The notes: generated by a model not told the origin, from the sequence alone. DNA of 64,000 bases from an uncultured virus (IMG/VR IMGVR_UViG_3300038678_000044) (IMGVR_UViG_3300038678_000044), one strand, 5' to 3'; positions 27,996 through 37,102 are shown, counted from the stretch's first letter. Numbers and translations: made by a program.

Positions 27996-28772
27996 ATGAG
28001 CGAGAAACCATTGGCTGGAGCTGGGAAGCCCAGGATGCCATGGTATCCGTTATTCGAGCGAGACTTCACCGCAGATACCGCATCCTGGCCTCCAGAGGCT
28101 GTCGGTGCGCTGATCAGGTTGATGAACTACCAGTGGCACAACGGAGGCATTCCGTATGATCAGAGGCATGCCGCCAGGATAGCTGGCTTTCAGAATGCAG
28201 AGCAGTGGAAGGACATCTGGAAAACCTACCTGGATGATAAGTTCGAGCAGCTCAACTCCCACACCCTGATCAACAGAAGACTGTATCGAGAGTATGTTCG
28301 CATCGAGAAGAAGGGTGCCCAGGCGAAAAAGGCTGCGGAAAAACGCTGGAAAAACCAGACGTTAGATGCTGACGCAGATGCGGACGCATGTGCATCCGCA
28401 ATGCAAACCAAGAACCAAGAACCAAGAACCAAGAACAAACCTACTACCTCTCCTACGGAGAGGGTGCCCCACCAGGCGATCGTCGATCTCTATCACGAAC
28501 ACTGCCCTGCCCTACCCAGGGTCAAAGTCATCAACAACAAAAGACAGGCAGCCATGCGAGCTAGGTGGAAGACATTCAGTGTCGAGGTGCAGGGTAAGGA
28601 GAGGTATTTCAACGATCTCGAAACCTGGGAACGCTACTTCAAATTCATCACCAACAACTGCCCGTTCCTCCTCGGCCAGAACGACAGAAGCTGGGTAGCC
28701 AACTTCGATTTCTGTATCAGAGAGACTGCTATGGTCGGAGTCTTCGAGAACAAATACGTGGAGAGGAAATGA
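27996..28772 (+). CDS. Replication initiator (DUF1376/YdaU-like N-terminus)
   Basis: MPWYPLFERDFTADT..GALIRLM..W; C-terminal W.ANFDF. It lies upstream of dnaB and has internal repeats. Confidence 0.8.
   Translation: MSEKPLAGAGKPRMPWYPLFERDFTADTASWPPEAVGALIRLMNYQWHNGGIPYDQRHAARIAGFQNAEQWKDIWKTYLDDKFEQLNSHTLINRRLYREYVRIEKKGAQAKKAAEKRWKNQTLDADADADACASAMQTKNQEPRTKNKPTTSPTERVPHQAIVDLYHEHCPALPRVKVINNKRQAAMRARWKTFSVEVQGKERYFNDLETWERYFKFITNNCPFLLGQNDRSWVANFDFCIRETAMVGVFENKYVERK
28379..28436. repeat. Candidate replication origin: imperfect palindrome plus four AACCAAG repeats
   Basis: TGCGGACGCA-TG-TGCATCCGCA (28379-28400), then AACCAAG x4 (28406-28433), inside the initiator gene. Confidence 0.6.
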
Positions 28773-30163
28773 ACCAGGTAATGAAACCACCACCAATGTC
28801 GATTGATTCAGAGCAGGCTGTCCTGGGGGGCATCATCCACTCAGGCGGCAAGGCGCTGATGGATGTGCAGGACATTATCGGGCGCAACGATTTCTATCGA
28901 GCCGATCATCGCATTATCTGGGATGCCATGGTGAAGCTCGACGAGCTGGACGCACCGATGGACATCGTGACGGTGCAGGACCATCTCAATAAAATGGATC
29001 TCATGGCTGATGCCGGAGGTATTGGCTACCTGGCGACCTTGTACCAGGAGACACCAGGCTCTGCGAACGTCCGTGCTTACGCCAAGATCGTGAAGGAGCG
29101 ATCGGTGAGGCGTGACATGATCGCTGCTTCCAACCAGGTGCGCGAGTTAGCCGACGACAGCAGGGAGATAGACGAGGTACTGTCAGAGGCTCAGGCCAAG
29201 GTCATGGATATAGGACGCGACCATTCGCAGTCAGGCCCGGTCGAGATCAAGGCGCTGATGCCTGGCTGGATGGAGAATCTGGATACGATGTTCCACATGG
29301 AACAATCGATCCCTGGATTATCGACTGGCTACCGTGACCTGGATAAGAAGATCAACGGACTCCAGCGACAGAACCTGGTGATCATTGCTGGCAGGCCATC
29401 GATGGGTAAGACAGCCCTGGCAATCAACATCGCCAACCACGTAGGACAGACCAGCCCTGTGCTGGTGTTCTCGATGGAGATGTCGTCGATGGAGATTGTC
29501 ACCAGGTCGGTGGCTCAGCACTCGAAGGTGCCGCTCGATCGATTACTCTCTGGCAACATTACCGATGAGCAGTGGGAGAGTGTGGGAAAAGGTGTGGGCC
29601 AGATCAACTACTCGAAGATGATCCTGGATGAGTCTCCGGCCATGCTGATGCAGCAGATCAGGGCCAGGGCCCGGCGCGTCAAACAGCAGCAGCCGGATCT
29701 CGCGGTGATCATCGTGGATTACCTCCAGCTCATGAGTGGCGACAACCAGATCCACCGGGCCCAGCAGATCTCGGACATTACCAGGGGCCTGAAGTCGCTG
29801 GCCAAGGAGCTGGACATCCCGGTGGTAGCACTCAGCCAGCTCAACCGAGACGTGGACAAACGAGACAACAAGCATCCCAGGCTCTCGGATCTCAGAGAGT
29901 CAGGATCAATCGAGCAGGACGCAGACGTGATCCTGTTCATCTATCGCGATGTGGTGTACGACGAGCAGACCAAGTGGAAGAAGGTCGCTGAGATCATCGT
30001 CGGCAAGCAACGCAACGGGCCCACTGGCACCGTGCTGATGTACTACTTCGGTGAGTACACCCTGTTCGGCCAGATGGAAGGTGACGCACAACAGGAGTTC
30101 TGGCATGACCGACACTCAGGTCGCAGGTCAAGAAGTCGAGACAGCTTCGACGATAGCTTCTAA
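28769..30163 (+). CDS. dnaB: Replicative DNA helicase
   Basis: GRPSMGKT Walker A, IIVDYLQLM, LSQLNR, SDLRESGSIEQDAD and KQRNGP. Confidence 0.97.
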   Translation: MNQVMKPPPMSIDSEQAVLGGIIHSGGKALMDVQDIIGRNDFYRADHRIIWDAMVKLDELDAPMDIVTVQDHLNKMDLMADAGGIGYLATLYQETPGSANVRAYAKIVKERSVRRDMIAASNQVRELADDSREIDEVLSEAQAKVMDIGRDHSQSGPVEIKALMPGWMENLDTMFHMEQSIPGLSTGYRDLDKKINGLQRQNLVIIAGRPSMGKTALAINIANHVGQTSPVLVFSMEMSSMEIVTRSVAQHSKVPLDRLLSGNITDEQWESVGKGVGQINYSKMILDESPAMLMQQIRARARRVKQQQPDLAVIIVDYLQLMSGDNQIHRAQQISDITRGLKSLAKELDIPVVALSQLNRDVDKRDNKHPRLSDLRESGSIEQDADVILFIYRDVVYDEQTKWKKVAEIIVGKQRNGPTGTVLMYYFGEYTLFGQMEGDAQQEFWHDRHSGRRSRSRDSFDDSF

Positions 30164-30872
30164 AACGCTACCGATCATTGCCCACAAGGGCGGCTTGGAA
30201 TTGATCGACGCAGAGTGGAAGCTGAACTCAGGCAGGACGGTGAAGTTCCGCCTGGTGAATGACAACGGGCCGATCCTGATCCATCCATTCATGCAGTTCG
30301 TCAGGCGGCGAGGCAATCGTGTCGGCACCAGGTTCATGGTAGCCATTACCAGGGTCGGTGATGAGGAGGTGTTCTTCCAGGGAGAGGTGATGCTGGCAGG
30401 TGGCGGCAATCCACTGGGCCAGGGAATGTGGGTGCGGTTCTGGATGGATGATGAGGCCGACAGCCATCCGTTCTCCGGGTGTGCTGGAAGGCATGGCAAC
30501 GAACCAGGCGATCTGTTCGAGGCTGCATTCGTCGAGCTGGACGACGACGACTTTCCGATCAACCAGGAGAAGCGAGCGCGAATTGAGCGGTCAGTCACGC
30601 AGACGCATCCGCTGACAAAATGGACAGCCACCAGAGACAACGATCGACTGTTTCATCAGTGGCTGTCGGAGACCGCAAAGTTTCCAGACAATGAATACAG
30701 AAGTCCGGAGTGGTGGCGCACTCCAGGTAGGGATTACGTGGCCAGGTGGATTCGATGGGTGTGCAACATAGGATCCAGGGCCGATTTCAAGCACGACCAG
30801 AGAGCATGCGAGGTGTGCCATGACCGAATCAGGAGACCTTATAGCGAGTGGCGATCCACCGAAGAAGATTAG
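30105..30872 (+). CDS. Hypothetical protein (nin-region-like)
   Basis: Long ORF after dnaB with C-terminal C..SRA motif. Start inferred. Confidence 0.6.
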   Translation: MTDTQVAGQEVETASTIASKTLPIIAHKGGLELIDAEWKLNSGRTVKFRLVNDNGPILIHPFMQFVRRRGNRVGTRFMVAITRVGDEEVFFQGEVMLAGGGNPLGQGMWVRFWMDDEADSHPFSGCAGRHGNEPGDLFEAAFVELDDDDFPINQEKRARIERSVTQTHPLTKWTATRDNDRLFHQWLSETAKFPDNEYRSPEWWRTPGRDYVARWIRWVCNIGSRADFKHDQRACEVCHDRIRRPYSEWRSTEED

Positions 30873-31236
30873 CGTCAGTCGCCACGAGAAGAACCTGCGT
30901 CAGTTGCGTTGCATGGTGAGCATGTTGTATCCGGTGACGCTGCATCACTGCCATGGTGGATCCATGTTGAGTCTCGGCCCTGCGTTTCAGAATCCAGGCA
31001 TGGGTGAACGCAACAATCCGTTCTTCCAGATCCCGATCATTCTGAAGTATCACGTTGGACCTATGGGCATCGATGGATCTTCTGGAGTGGTTGAGTGGGA
31101 AAGGACATTCGGAAGCCAGGTCGGCTTCCTGCATGAAGTAAATGAACAGCTCGAATACGACATATGGGAGCAAGCAAAGCTATGGAGCAACGAGAACTGG
31201 AAGTCAGCGACACCAGTGCAAAGCCACCTGGGCTGA
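30820..31236 (+). CDS. Ref/DUF968-like HNH-type nuclease-like protein
   Basis: L.C.V..LHH..GMG..IPI..H..FGSQ pattern. Confidence 0.6.
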   Translation: MTESGDLIASGDPPKKISVSRHEKNLRQLRCMVSMLYPVTLHHCHGGSMLSLGPAFQNPGMGERNNPFFQIPIILKYHVGPMGIDGSSGVVEWERTFGSQVGFLHEVNEQLEYDIWEQAKLWSNENWKSATPVQSHLG

Positions 31237-31619
31237 GACTGGAGTTACCCTGGCCACCAAGCGCCAATCATTATAACGGTCACCGTGTTGCTGGTCCGTT
31301 CATCAAGGGCAAGCAATTTGTTCAGGTGTATCCGACATTCCAGGCGAAGGAGTTCCATCGCAACGTGCAGTCCATTGTGATGCGCGACCGGGCAGCCAGG
31401 AACTGGAGCTGTCCATTGAAGATGTCGTTCTGGACTTATCCGCCTGATCGGAGGAAACGGGATACCTCTAATCTATTCAAGATGCTGGAGGATGCCCTTC
31501 AAAAATCTGGAGTTTTTATGGATGACTACCAGATCGTAGAGCATCATGCCTATCGCACGAGCAATATCGTAGATGGTGGAATGGTGGTTGTTGAACTGGA
31601 ACCGACTGTGCTATTGTGA
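31164..31619 (+). CDS. rusA: RusA-family Holliday junction resolvase
   Basis: LPWPPSAN, PPDRRKRDTSNLFKMLEDAL and DDYQI. Confidence 0.9.
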   Translation: MGASKAMEQRELEVSDTSAKPPGLRLELPWPPSANHYNGHRVAGPFIKGKQFVQVYPTFQAKEFHRNVQSIVMRDRAARNWSCPLKMSFWTYPPDRRKRDTSNLFKMLEDALQKSGVFMDDYQIVEHHAYRTSNIVDGGMVVVELEPTVLL

Positions 31620-31776
31620 CCTCACCGAATTGCAAGCCCCGCTGGACCACTGATGATGAAATAAAGTAGCACCGACCCCTGGCGACCCGGCGTAACCTAC
31701 GCTTTCTGGCTCCGCGACTGTACCCACTTTCACGATAGCCAATTCTGGCAAAGATGCTCCGGTCGCCTTTATTCGA

Positions 31777-31807
31777 GAAGGGCCCTCAATCGAGGGCCCT
31801 TTTCTTT
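31777..31807. terminator. Intrinsic terminator between convergent operons
   Basis: AAGGGCCCTC-AATC-GAGGGCCCTT followed by a T-tract. Confidence 0.8.
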
Positions 31808-32123
31808 AGTCGATCTCGGTGGCTGTGGTATCGAACCTGTACAGCTTGGAGCCAGCCCTTCGGTAGTGTTCCAGGATCCACTGGAATCCCTGGTACTCCC
31901 AGGCATCCTCGATCTGCCCATCTGATGCTTCGTCGATCAGGACTTGGAAACTTTTCTTGTCTCGCATCGCCTGTGTCATCGAACTGCCAAGGCAGGAGTA
32001 CATGGCTGCGGTCGCCATGCCTCCCAAGTAGATGGTGTTCATCTGACCAGGACCGTCACGATAGCGGACTGCTCGCTTCATCTCAGCTCGCAGCTTGTCT
32101 ACTTCTGCTCTGGATCTGCTCAT
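31806..32123 (-). CDS. Hypothetical protein
   Basis: 105 aa with a GGAG RBS. Confidence 0.55.
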   Translation of the reverse strand: MSRSRAEVDKLRAEMKRAVRYRDGPGQMNTIYLGGMATAAMYSCLGSSMTQAMRDKKSFQVLIDEASDGQIEDAWEYQGFQWILEHYRRAGSKLYRFDTTATEID

Positions 32124-32140
32124 GCTATTTCTCCTGTCAC

Positions 32141-32374
32141 TCAGCTATGCGTGTGACCGTCTTTCTCGATGCCCAGCCACATGCCACACCATGGAACCAG
32201 TGCGGCACCGTATCCGCCAAGCTCAGGTATCACGGTCCTGCGAAATTCGCGATAGGTCATGGGCCTGTCTCCCTGGTGCCAGATGAGAGCAGCGCCACTC
32301 CCACCACGATACAGGGGCTTGCGATCAAACACGGCTTTGAGTGCTGTGCGCTGATCTTTGGTTAAGTGCTTCAT
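32141..32374 (-). CDS. Hypothetical protein
   Basis: LTKDQR.AL..YREFRR..WCGMWLGIEKDGHTHS phage-like family. Confidence 0.6.
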   Translation of the reverse strand: MKHLTKDQRTALKAVFDRKPLYRGGSGAALIWHQGDRPMTYREFRRTVIPELGGYGAALVPWCGMWLGIEKDGHTHS

Positions 32375-32706
32375 GCTGCTTCTCCGTGATACTTCGGATG
32401 GCAGTACAGATTGCTCCTGCCATCACGTTGCCAGTTAGAAAACCGGATCCTGACAATGCAGTGATCGAGCATTGCTGGACCTCCCAGGGATCGAGCGTTA
32501 TGGATGAGCAGAGGAACCTTGACCGGGCCCATTGAGCGACCGATTCTGCCGGTCACATCGTACTCATCATTCCAGTCTTGACCGACGAGCGTATTGCCGT
32601 AGTGGACACGGATGCGCCACTGCTTGGCACGAGCCTCCTCCAGGACATCGATGACATCCTGGGGAGTCTTCTCGTGGTAGTGGGTGCCGTTGATGACTGG
32701 CATCAC
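32371..32706 (-). CDS. Hypothetical protein
   Basis: GRIGRSMG.VKVPLL..GGPAMLDHCIV; coupled. Confidence 0.6.
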   Translation of the reverse strand: MMPVINGTHYHEKTPQDVIDVLEEARAKQWRIRVHYGNTLVGQDWNDEYDVTGRIGRSMGPVKVPLLIHNARSLGGPAMLDHCIVRIRFSNWQRDGRSNLYCHPKYHGEAA

Positions 32707-33044
32707 GACACCCGCTTGAAGGGCTGGATGTACGCTTGGAACTGACCCTGCTGGGTGAAGGCATAGCCGACACCTGGCTCGATCTTCTCCAGGAGCTGTG
32801 GCATCGTCAGGGAGGGCTCATCGGATCCGCCGAAACCGGAGGTATCCACGAACAGAGCCTCGCCATACGGAGTCCATCCTGGCGGCTGGTAGTCGCCCAG
32901 CATCGGGAACGGGATCGGGAATCCACGACCATTCTCCCAGGCGCTGAGATCCCGGCGTCGTACCAGGTACGGGATTCGTTTCTGTTCTGCTGCCTCCTTC
33001 GCAGCCTTGCGTTGTACAAAGTCAATCGTTTCTAGTGACATCAT
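32703..33044 (-). CDS. Hypothetical protein
   Basis: FVDTSGFG..EP.LT..GQFQ.Y. Confidence 0.6.
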   Translation of the reverse strand: MMSLETIDFVQRKAAKEAAEQKRIPYLVRRRDLSAWENGRGFPIPFPMLGDYQPPGWTPYGEALFVDTSGFGGSDEPSLTMPQLLEKIEPGVGYAFTQQGQFQAYIQPFKRVS

Positions 33045-33050
33045 GTCGTC

Positions 33051-33938
33051 TTACTCCTGTGGTATATCGTCGATTATTTCCTGGAGCTGGTCCGTATGCT
33101 CAGCCCGCTCCTGGACTTTCGCTTCCCAGAGATCTGGGTCACGGTGTTCTTCTACATGCTTGCGGATCAGGTCGGTCATGACGCTGGGCTCCAGAGCATC
33201 CAACTCCCAGCTCTTATCTCCGTACTGCTCAGCGTATTTGGCGAACCGGCTATCTCTTATCTTGGCCGGGTTGGGCGGAGGATTGAACTCCTCGATCTGA
33301 TCCCAGTTCAATGCCAGGCGCTTGACCTTCACTGCTTCCCAGCCCATGAAGATATTGAGCCTGTCCTGGTTGTCCCTGGTCATGTCAATGCCGGATGGGT
33401 CATGGTCTCCGAAGTGCAGGATCACTGTGGTCTGGTTCCGACCAAGCTCGTAGTGCCTGGCACGTTGATAGGCTCGCCACTGCTCCGACTGAGAGACGTA
33501 ACCGATGCAGGCAAAGTACGGCACATCCATCTCACGGCAGACACCATCAATGATGCCGACCAATGCGTTCTTCTCGATCCACACCTCGACACGCTGAGCC
33601 TGGTTCTCCCACATATCAATCTCGTAGGTGTCGAGTGCATCCTGGATAGCTTGCCGTGGATTCTCGTAGTGGTAGTTCGACTTGAGGTTCCTGGTGCGAT
33701 CCTCGATCGACTGCCAGTCCACCAGGCCAGCCAGCCGGGCGTCGTTGATGATCGAGCCCAGGCGCTTGTAGGACCGCTGTGTGTTCGGTAGCAAGTCCCT
33801 GGCGACGAACTGATAGTAGAGCTGGCGCAACGTCAGGATGAATCCCTGGGTGCGATACTCCTCGATGATCAGATTGGCATCGTAGATGATGTCTATCGAT
33901 GCCTGCTTGAAGTTTTTCTCTACGAAAAGTTGTTTCAT
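33051..33938 (-). CDS. Topoisomerase VI-A/Spo11/JetD-like TOPRIM protein
   Basis: TLRQLYY winged-helix Tyr, VEVWIEK, HFGDHDPSG (DxD) and WELDAL. Confidence 0.75.
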   Translation of the reverse strand: MKQLFVEKNFKQASIDIIYDANLIIEEYRTQGFILTLRQLYYQFVARDLLPNTQRSYKRLGSIINDARLAGLVDWQSIEDRTRNLKSNYHYENPRQAIQDALDTYEIDMWENQAQRVEVWIEKNALVGIIDGVCREMDVPYFACIGYVSQSEQWRAYQRARHYELGRNQTTVILHFGDHDPSGIDMTRDNQDRLNIFMGWEAVKVKRLALNWDQIEEFNPPPNPAKIRDSRFAKYAEQYGDKSWELDALEPSVMTDLIRKHVEEHRDPDLWEAKVQERAEHTDQLQEIIDDIPQE

Positions 33939-34204
33939 TACCAGCCCTCCTTGCGGGCGTCTTCGAGGGCCTTCCGGCCAGCGTCGTTGATGCGGTCATC
34001 CCTGCATCCGGGATATTCCTTACAGTCACCTGCGGCATTGACCGCAAGCCCTCTGAGGAAAAGTGCTGCACGACTGGATGGCGCACCATAGCCGATGCCA
34101 GGATATAAACTTCCATCCTCGCGATTGGCTGCTGCGGCCAGTTGCTTCAGCATGCTCTCGGTGAGGTTGTGTTCGGTCCAGACTCCACTCATCTTCGGTC
34201 TCAT
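33938..34204 (-). CDS. Hypothetical protein (winged-helix-like)
   Basis: ALFLRGLA..INDAGRKAL pattern; coupled. Confidence 0.5.
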   Translation of the reverse strand: MRPKMSGVWTEHNLTESMLKQLAAAANREDGSLYPGIGYGAPSSRAALFLRGLAVNAAGDCKEYPGCRDDRINDAGRKALEDARKEGW

Positions 34205-34410
34205 AACACCTCCGTATCTGAATACTCATTGCCGCGCCTGGTGAATGCTGCGATGGCTTCATCTATTTGTCGCAGCTCCGGTGTCGGTGGGCTCGCGTCT
34301 CTCACGATCAGCCTTAACGTGGTCTCCAGACCAAGCCAATCGATCTTCTGATCGGAAGCTCTCCAGGCGCGATTGATGCGCTTGGTAATTTCTTGCTTAC
34401 GTTCACTCAT
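34201..34410 (-). CDS. Hypothetical protein
   Basis: Coupled ORF. Confidence 0.5.
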   Translation of the reverse strand: MSERKQEITKRINRAWRASDQKIDWLGLETTLRLIVRDASPPTPELRQIDEAIAAFTRRGNEYSDTEVL

Positions 34411-34655
34411 GAGTGTTCTCCGGAAGCTGTGAAAATGGTGAAGAACTGCGGACTCGTGCCGTATTCTTTTGTGTCTGTGACCTCATCCAAGTAGCTGAAG
34501 CAGACCGGAGTCTTTGCCCACGTTTTCCTGGTCTTGATGAAGCGAACCAGTTCAACGCCGGTCTGCCCAGTGTGGATCACTTTGAAACCTACGACTTTGT
34601 AGAGCCCATCCCATCCGGTCCATTCACTGTTGATTGCTGGCTTATTCATGCTCAT
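34407..34655 (-). CDS. Hypothetical protein
   Basis: ATGA-coupled start with a GGAGG RBS. Confidence 0.5.
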   Translation of the reverse strand: MSMNKPAINSEWTGWDGLYKVVGFKVIHTGQTGVELVRFIKTRKTWAKTPVCFSYLDEVTDTKEYGTSPQFFTIFTASGEHS

Positions 34656-34918
34656 GAGATTGCCTCCCTGGCTTTGGCCAGCCATGTCCTGGCAGCCTTG
34701 GTGGATCCAGTCCGCCTGGCGATGCCGCCGAACTTCGACAGCCCTTTCTTCAGGTCCATCGCAGGCTTCATGAATTGCTCCTCGATGAGCGGTCTTGTCC
34801 GCTCTACCAGGCCACGAGAAGTGATCATGATGACGTGGAGACTGCGAGCAGTCGGAACGACCAGGCAGGTCTTCACGTCCTGATCGATGGTGTGGTAGTA
34901 GTAAATTCCCGGTTCCAT
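34652..34918 (-). CDS. Hypothetical protein, first gene of cassette
   Basis: MEPGIYYY start after GGAG and a promoter. Confidence 0.55.
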   Translation of the reverse strand: MEPGIYYYHTIDQDVKTCLVVPTARSLHVIMITSRGLVERTRPLIEEQFMKPAMDLKKGLSKFGGIARRTGSTKAARTWLAKAREAIS

Positions 34919-34932
34919 AATGACTCCAATTA

Positions 34933-34977
34933 CTGTACCCGAATGATCATTATACAGGAAAGACAACCACATGACAT
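34933..34977 (-). promoter_or_regulatory. sigma70-type promoter
   Basis: ATGTCA-17 bp-TATAAT, followed by GGGTACAG. Confidence 0.65.
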
Positions 34978-35084
34978 CTCGACAAGATCACAAAACGGCA
35001 AAACTGGTGCTGGAGCCCTTTGGTGGCGTAGCCGGATTGGCCTGAAACTTTTTTTTCGAGATGATTTTGGCAGCGATGCTGATT

Positions 35085-35121
35085 GACCGCAGTTGCGGTC
35101 GTTGCCACCGCAGTTGCGGTG
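35085..35121. repeat. Two tandem 16-bp palindromes, 21 bp apart
   Basis: GACCGCAGTTGCGGTC (35085-35100) and CACCGCAGTTGCGGTG (35106-35121). Confidence 0.85.
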
Positions 35122-35142
35122 AAATTTGCATTCAGATCTGCT

Positions 35143-35168
35143 AATAAAAAAGGGGCCCGAAGGCCCCT
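35143..35168 (-). terminator. Intrinsic terminator (UUCG loop), copy 1
   Basis: AGGGGCC-TTCG-GGCCCCT-TTTTT on the minus strand. Confidence 0.88.
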
Positions 35169-35190
35169 TCCGGTGCGGGTACACCTGGAG

Positions 35191-36318
35191 TCAGGCGGCA
35201 ATCTTCTCCGCCTGTACGAACCTGTTCCATTGAATCTGGTTCAGGTCGATGACGTTGGCACCGACATTTTCCAGCTCGCAGGACCGCTCATACGTGGTCG
35301 CTTCTTTGTTCGCAACCTGGGTGATGGCAGATGCCAGGCCCCATTGCGAGTAGTCGCGATCTTCGATGAACGTAGTGAGGATGGATTCTTTCTCATCCTC
35401 ACGCAGATCCAGCTCTTTCACTGCCAAGTCAACTGCACCGATCGGGCTTTGGACATCGCCAGTCTCGGTCGTGGCACGAAGGCGAGTGACCATCTTCTGA
35501 GCGAACTCAGGATTGGCCAGCGCGGTCATGACATCGGATACCTGGCTGATGATTGCCTTGTCTTCCAGCTCACGAGACTGGTCAGACAGTACCTCGAAGT
35601 CCACGCCTTCGATCAGTCGGCCACCAAGATGGGTGCGCTTGAAGCTGAACGCTTCGATCTGGCCGAAGACGCAGCCGTTCAAGCAGTAACCATCGTAGAA
35701 GAAGCCTTCGATCGCCAAGGTGCCCTGACCAGTTTCCGAATTGGACATGCGGAATCCTGGGCGGATGATCCTGGTGGATCCATCCTTGGTGCGCGAAGTA
35801 ACTTCGTGGGCCAGCTCATCGCCAGTGAACAAGACCTTCATGTGCATCTTATTCTCACCGACATTGGTGCTGAGCAGTTGAGTTTCCAACTCGCCCTTGA
35901 CGATCGCCGGAAGCGTTTGCTCCAGGACATCGTTGTTGTCCAGGCGCAGGTAGCGATCAGACAAAAAGGCGCGAAGGGTGCCATCCAGGGTGCGGAACAG
36001 GCGAGATGCCGGTTCCCGCTCGAACAGAGCGTTTACCTGGTGGACGACGAGATCCCGGTGATCAGCCAACAGCCGCAAGTAGTAGCGACTGGGGATGTTC
36101 AGGCGAGCTGCGATCTGCTTGTGTGCTTGCTCCGATACAGCGAAACGCTCAAGCTCAGCAGCACCATCCTTCAACATCACAACGGCAACTTTGTTCGGGA
36201 GATCTTCAGCTTCGACCATGCGTACATTGTCTTCGGTCGAAGTCGTGAAGTCTCTCTTGACAGAGTTTTGCCGCTGGACTTCCGAGAGTAATGCTTCAAG
36301 TGACATTCCAGCTTTCAT
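35191..36318 (-). CDS. DUF932-family protein
   Basis: RAFLSDRY..LDN, NSETGQG, CLNG, HLGG and SQWGLASAIT motifs. Confidence 0.8.
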   Translation of the reverse strand: MKAGMSLEALLSEVQRQNSVKRDFTTSTEDNVRMVEAEDLPNKVAVVMLKDGAAELERFAVSEQAHKQIAARLNIPSRYYLRLLADHRDLVVHQVNALFEREPASRLFRTLDGTLRAFLSDRYLRLDNNDVLEQTLPAIVKGELETQLLSTNVGENKMHMKVLFTGDELAHEVTSRTKDGSTRIIRPGFRMSNSETGQGTLAIEGFFYDGYCLNGCVFGQIEAFSFKRTHLGGRLIEGVDFEVLSDQSRELEDKAIISQVSDVMTALANPEFAQKMVTRLRATTETGDVQSPIGAVDLAVKELDLREDEKESILTTFIEDRDYSQWGLASAITQVANKEATTYERSCELENVGANVIDLNQIQWNRFVQAEKIAA

Positions 36319-36398
36319 AATTCAATCCTCCTATATGGATTGAGCAGTGCGATATTGCACTCAGAGGGGCACTGGCGAGAGTGCCCTACTGGCTGCAT

Positions 36399-36842
36399 TT
36401 ACCAGGATGCGACGTAGGTGAATCCACCAACGGTGGTCTGATGCCGCCAGGCACCGACGATGCCGGAGTTCGGCATTTCGTACTCGATGCGGCACCTGGT
36501 TGGTGTGGTCTTGACGACCATGCACTCGCGCACTGCCTGGTTGATAAACTGATCGAACTCGTTGCTGCATTCGTCGGTGCGGCTGCCATCGAAGAAAGCG
36601 GCGATCGTGTTGACGACCCTCTCGCGAGGCACGTTGTAGAGCGTGTCGCCTTCGGTGGTGCGAAGATCGACCTTGCTGTCAGAGAACGAGAGATTGAAAG
36701 TGCCAGGCTTGTGCCGTGGTCCGGAATTTTGACGGATGGCGACGATGCGGCCAACCTTCGGGCCGATCGCGATCCTGGGACTGACATGAACTGGCCCACC
36801 TGGGCTGGCTGCTGCGAGTGCTTCTACGATGTTGTGGAACAT
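36399..36842 (-). CDS. Hypothetical protein
   Basis: MFHNIV start after GGAG and a promoter. Confidence 0.6.
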   Translation of the reverse strand: MFHNIVEALAAASPGGPVHVSPRIAIGPKVGRIVAIRQNSGPRHKPGTFNLSFSDSKVDLRTTEGDTLYNVPRERVVNTIAAFFDGSRTDECSNEFDQFINQAVRECMVVKTTPTRCRIEYEMPNSGIVGAWRHQTTVGGFTYVASW

Positions 36843-36861
36843 ATTTGACTCCATTGATTGA

Positions 36862-36905
36862 CTGTACCCAGGATCGATTAGGCCACAGTGACCACAGGAT
36901 TGCAA
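36862..36905 (-). promoter_or_regulatory. sigma70-type promoter
   Basis: TTGCAA-17 bp-CCTAAT, followed by CCTGGGTACAG. Confidence 0.6.
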
Positions 36906-36917
36906 GGGGAATTTGAC

Positions 36918-36943
36918 AATAAAAAAGGGGCCCGAAGGCCCCT
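36918..36943 (-). terminator. Intrinsic terminator (UUCG loop), copy 2
   Basis: 26 bp identical to 35143-35168. Confidence 0.88.
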
Positions 36944-36961
36944 GGAGAGAAATGGCGCTAT

Positions 36962-37102
36962 TTAGTAGCGCAGAAATTTGAAGGGTTTGCCGTTTTTGTA
37001 GATCGTGACGCTACGGCCCAGATCAACGCTTAACTGCTTGGCAACACCCAGGATGACCCAGAAATCTGGGTATTGGTCTCCCTCACCATCGATCGTGAAC
37101 AT
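36962..37102 (-). CDS. Small hypothetical protein (46 aa)
   Basis: MFTIDGEGDQYPDFW..., read by hand; ends just before the terminator. Confidence 0.45.
   Translation of the reverse strand: MFTIDGEGDQYPDFWVILGVAKQLSVDLGRSVTIYKNGKPFKFLRY

Noticed and set aside
31650..31775. Hammerhead ribozyme-like CTGATGA-T-GAAA
   Set aside because: No stem II, and stem I cannot form after the candidate cleavage site.
35083..36291. 402-aa plus-strand ORF
   Set aside because: Antisense shadow of the DUF932 gene, with no recognisable motifs or RBS.
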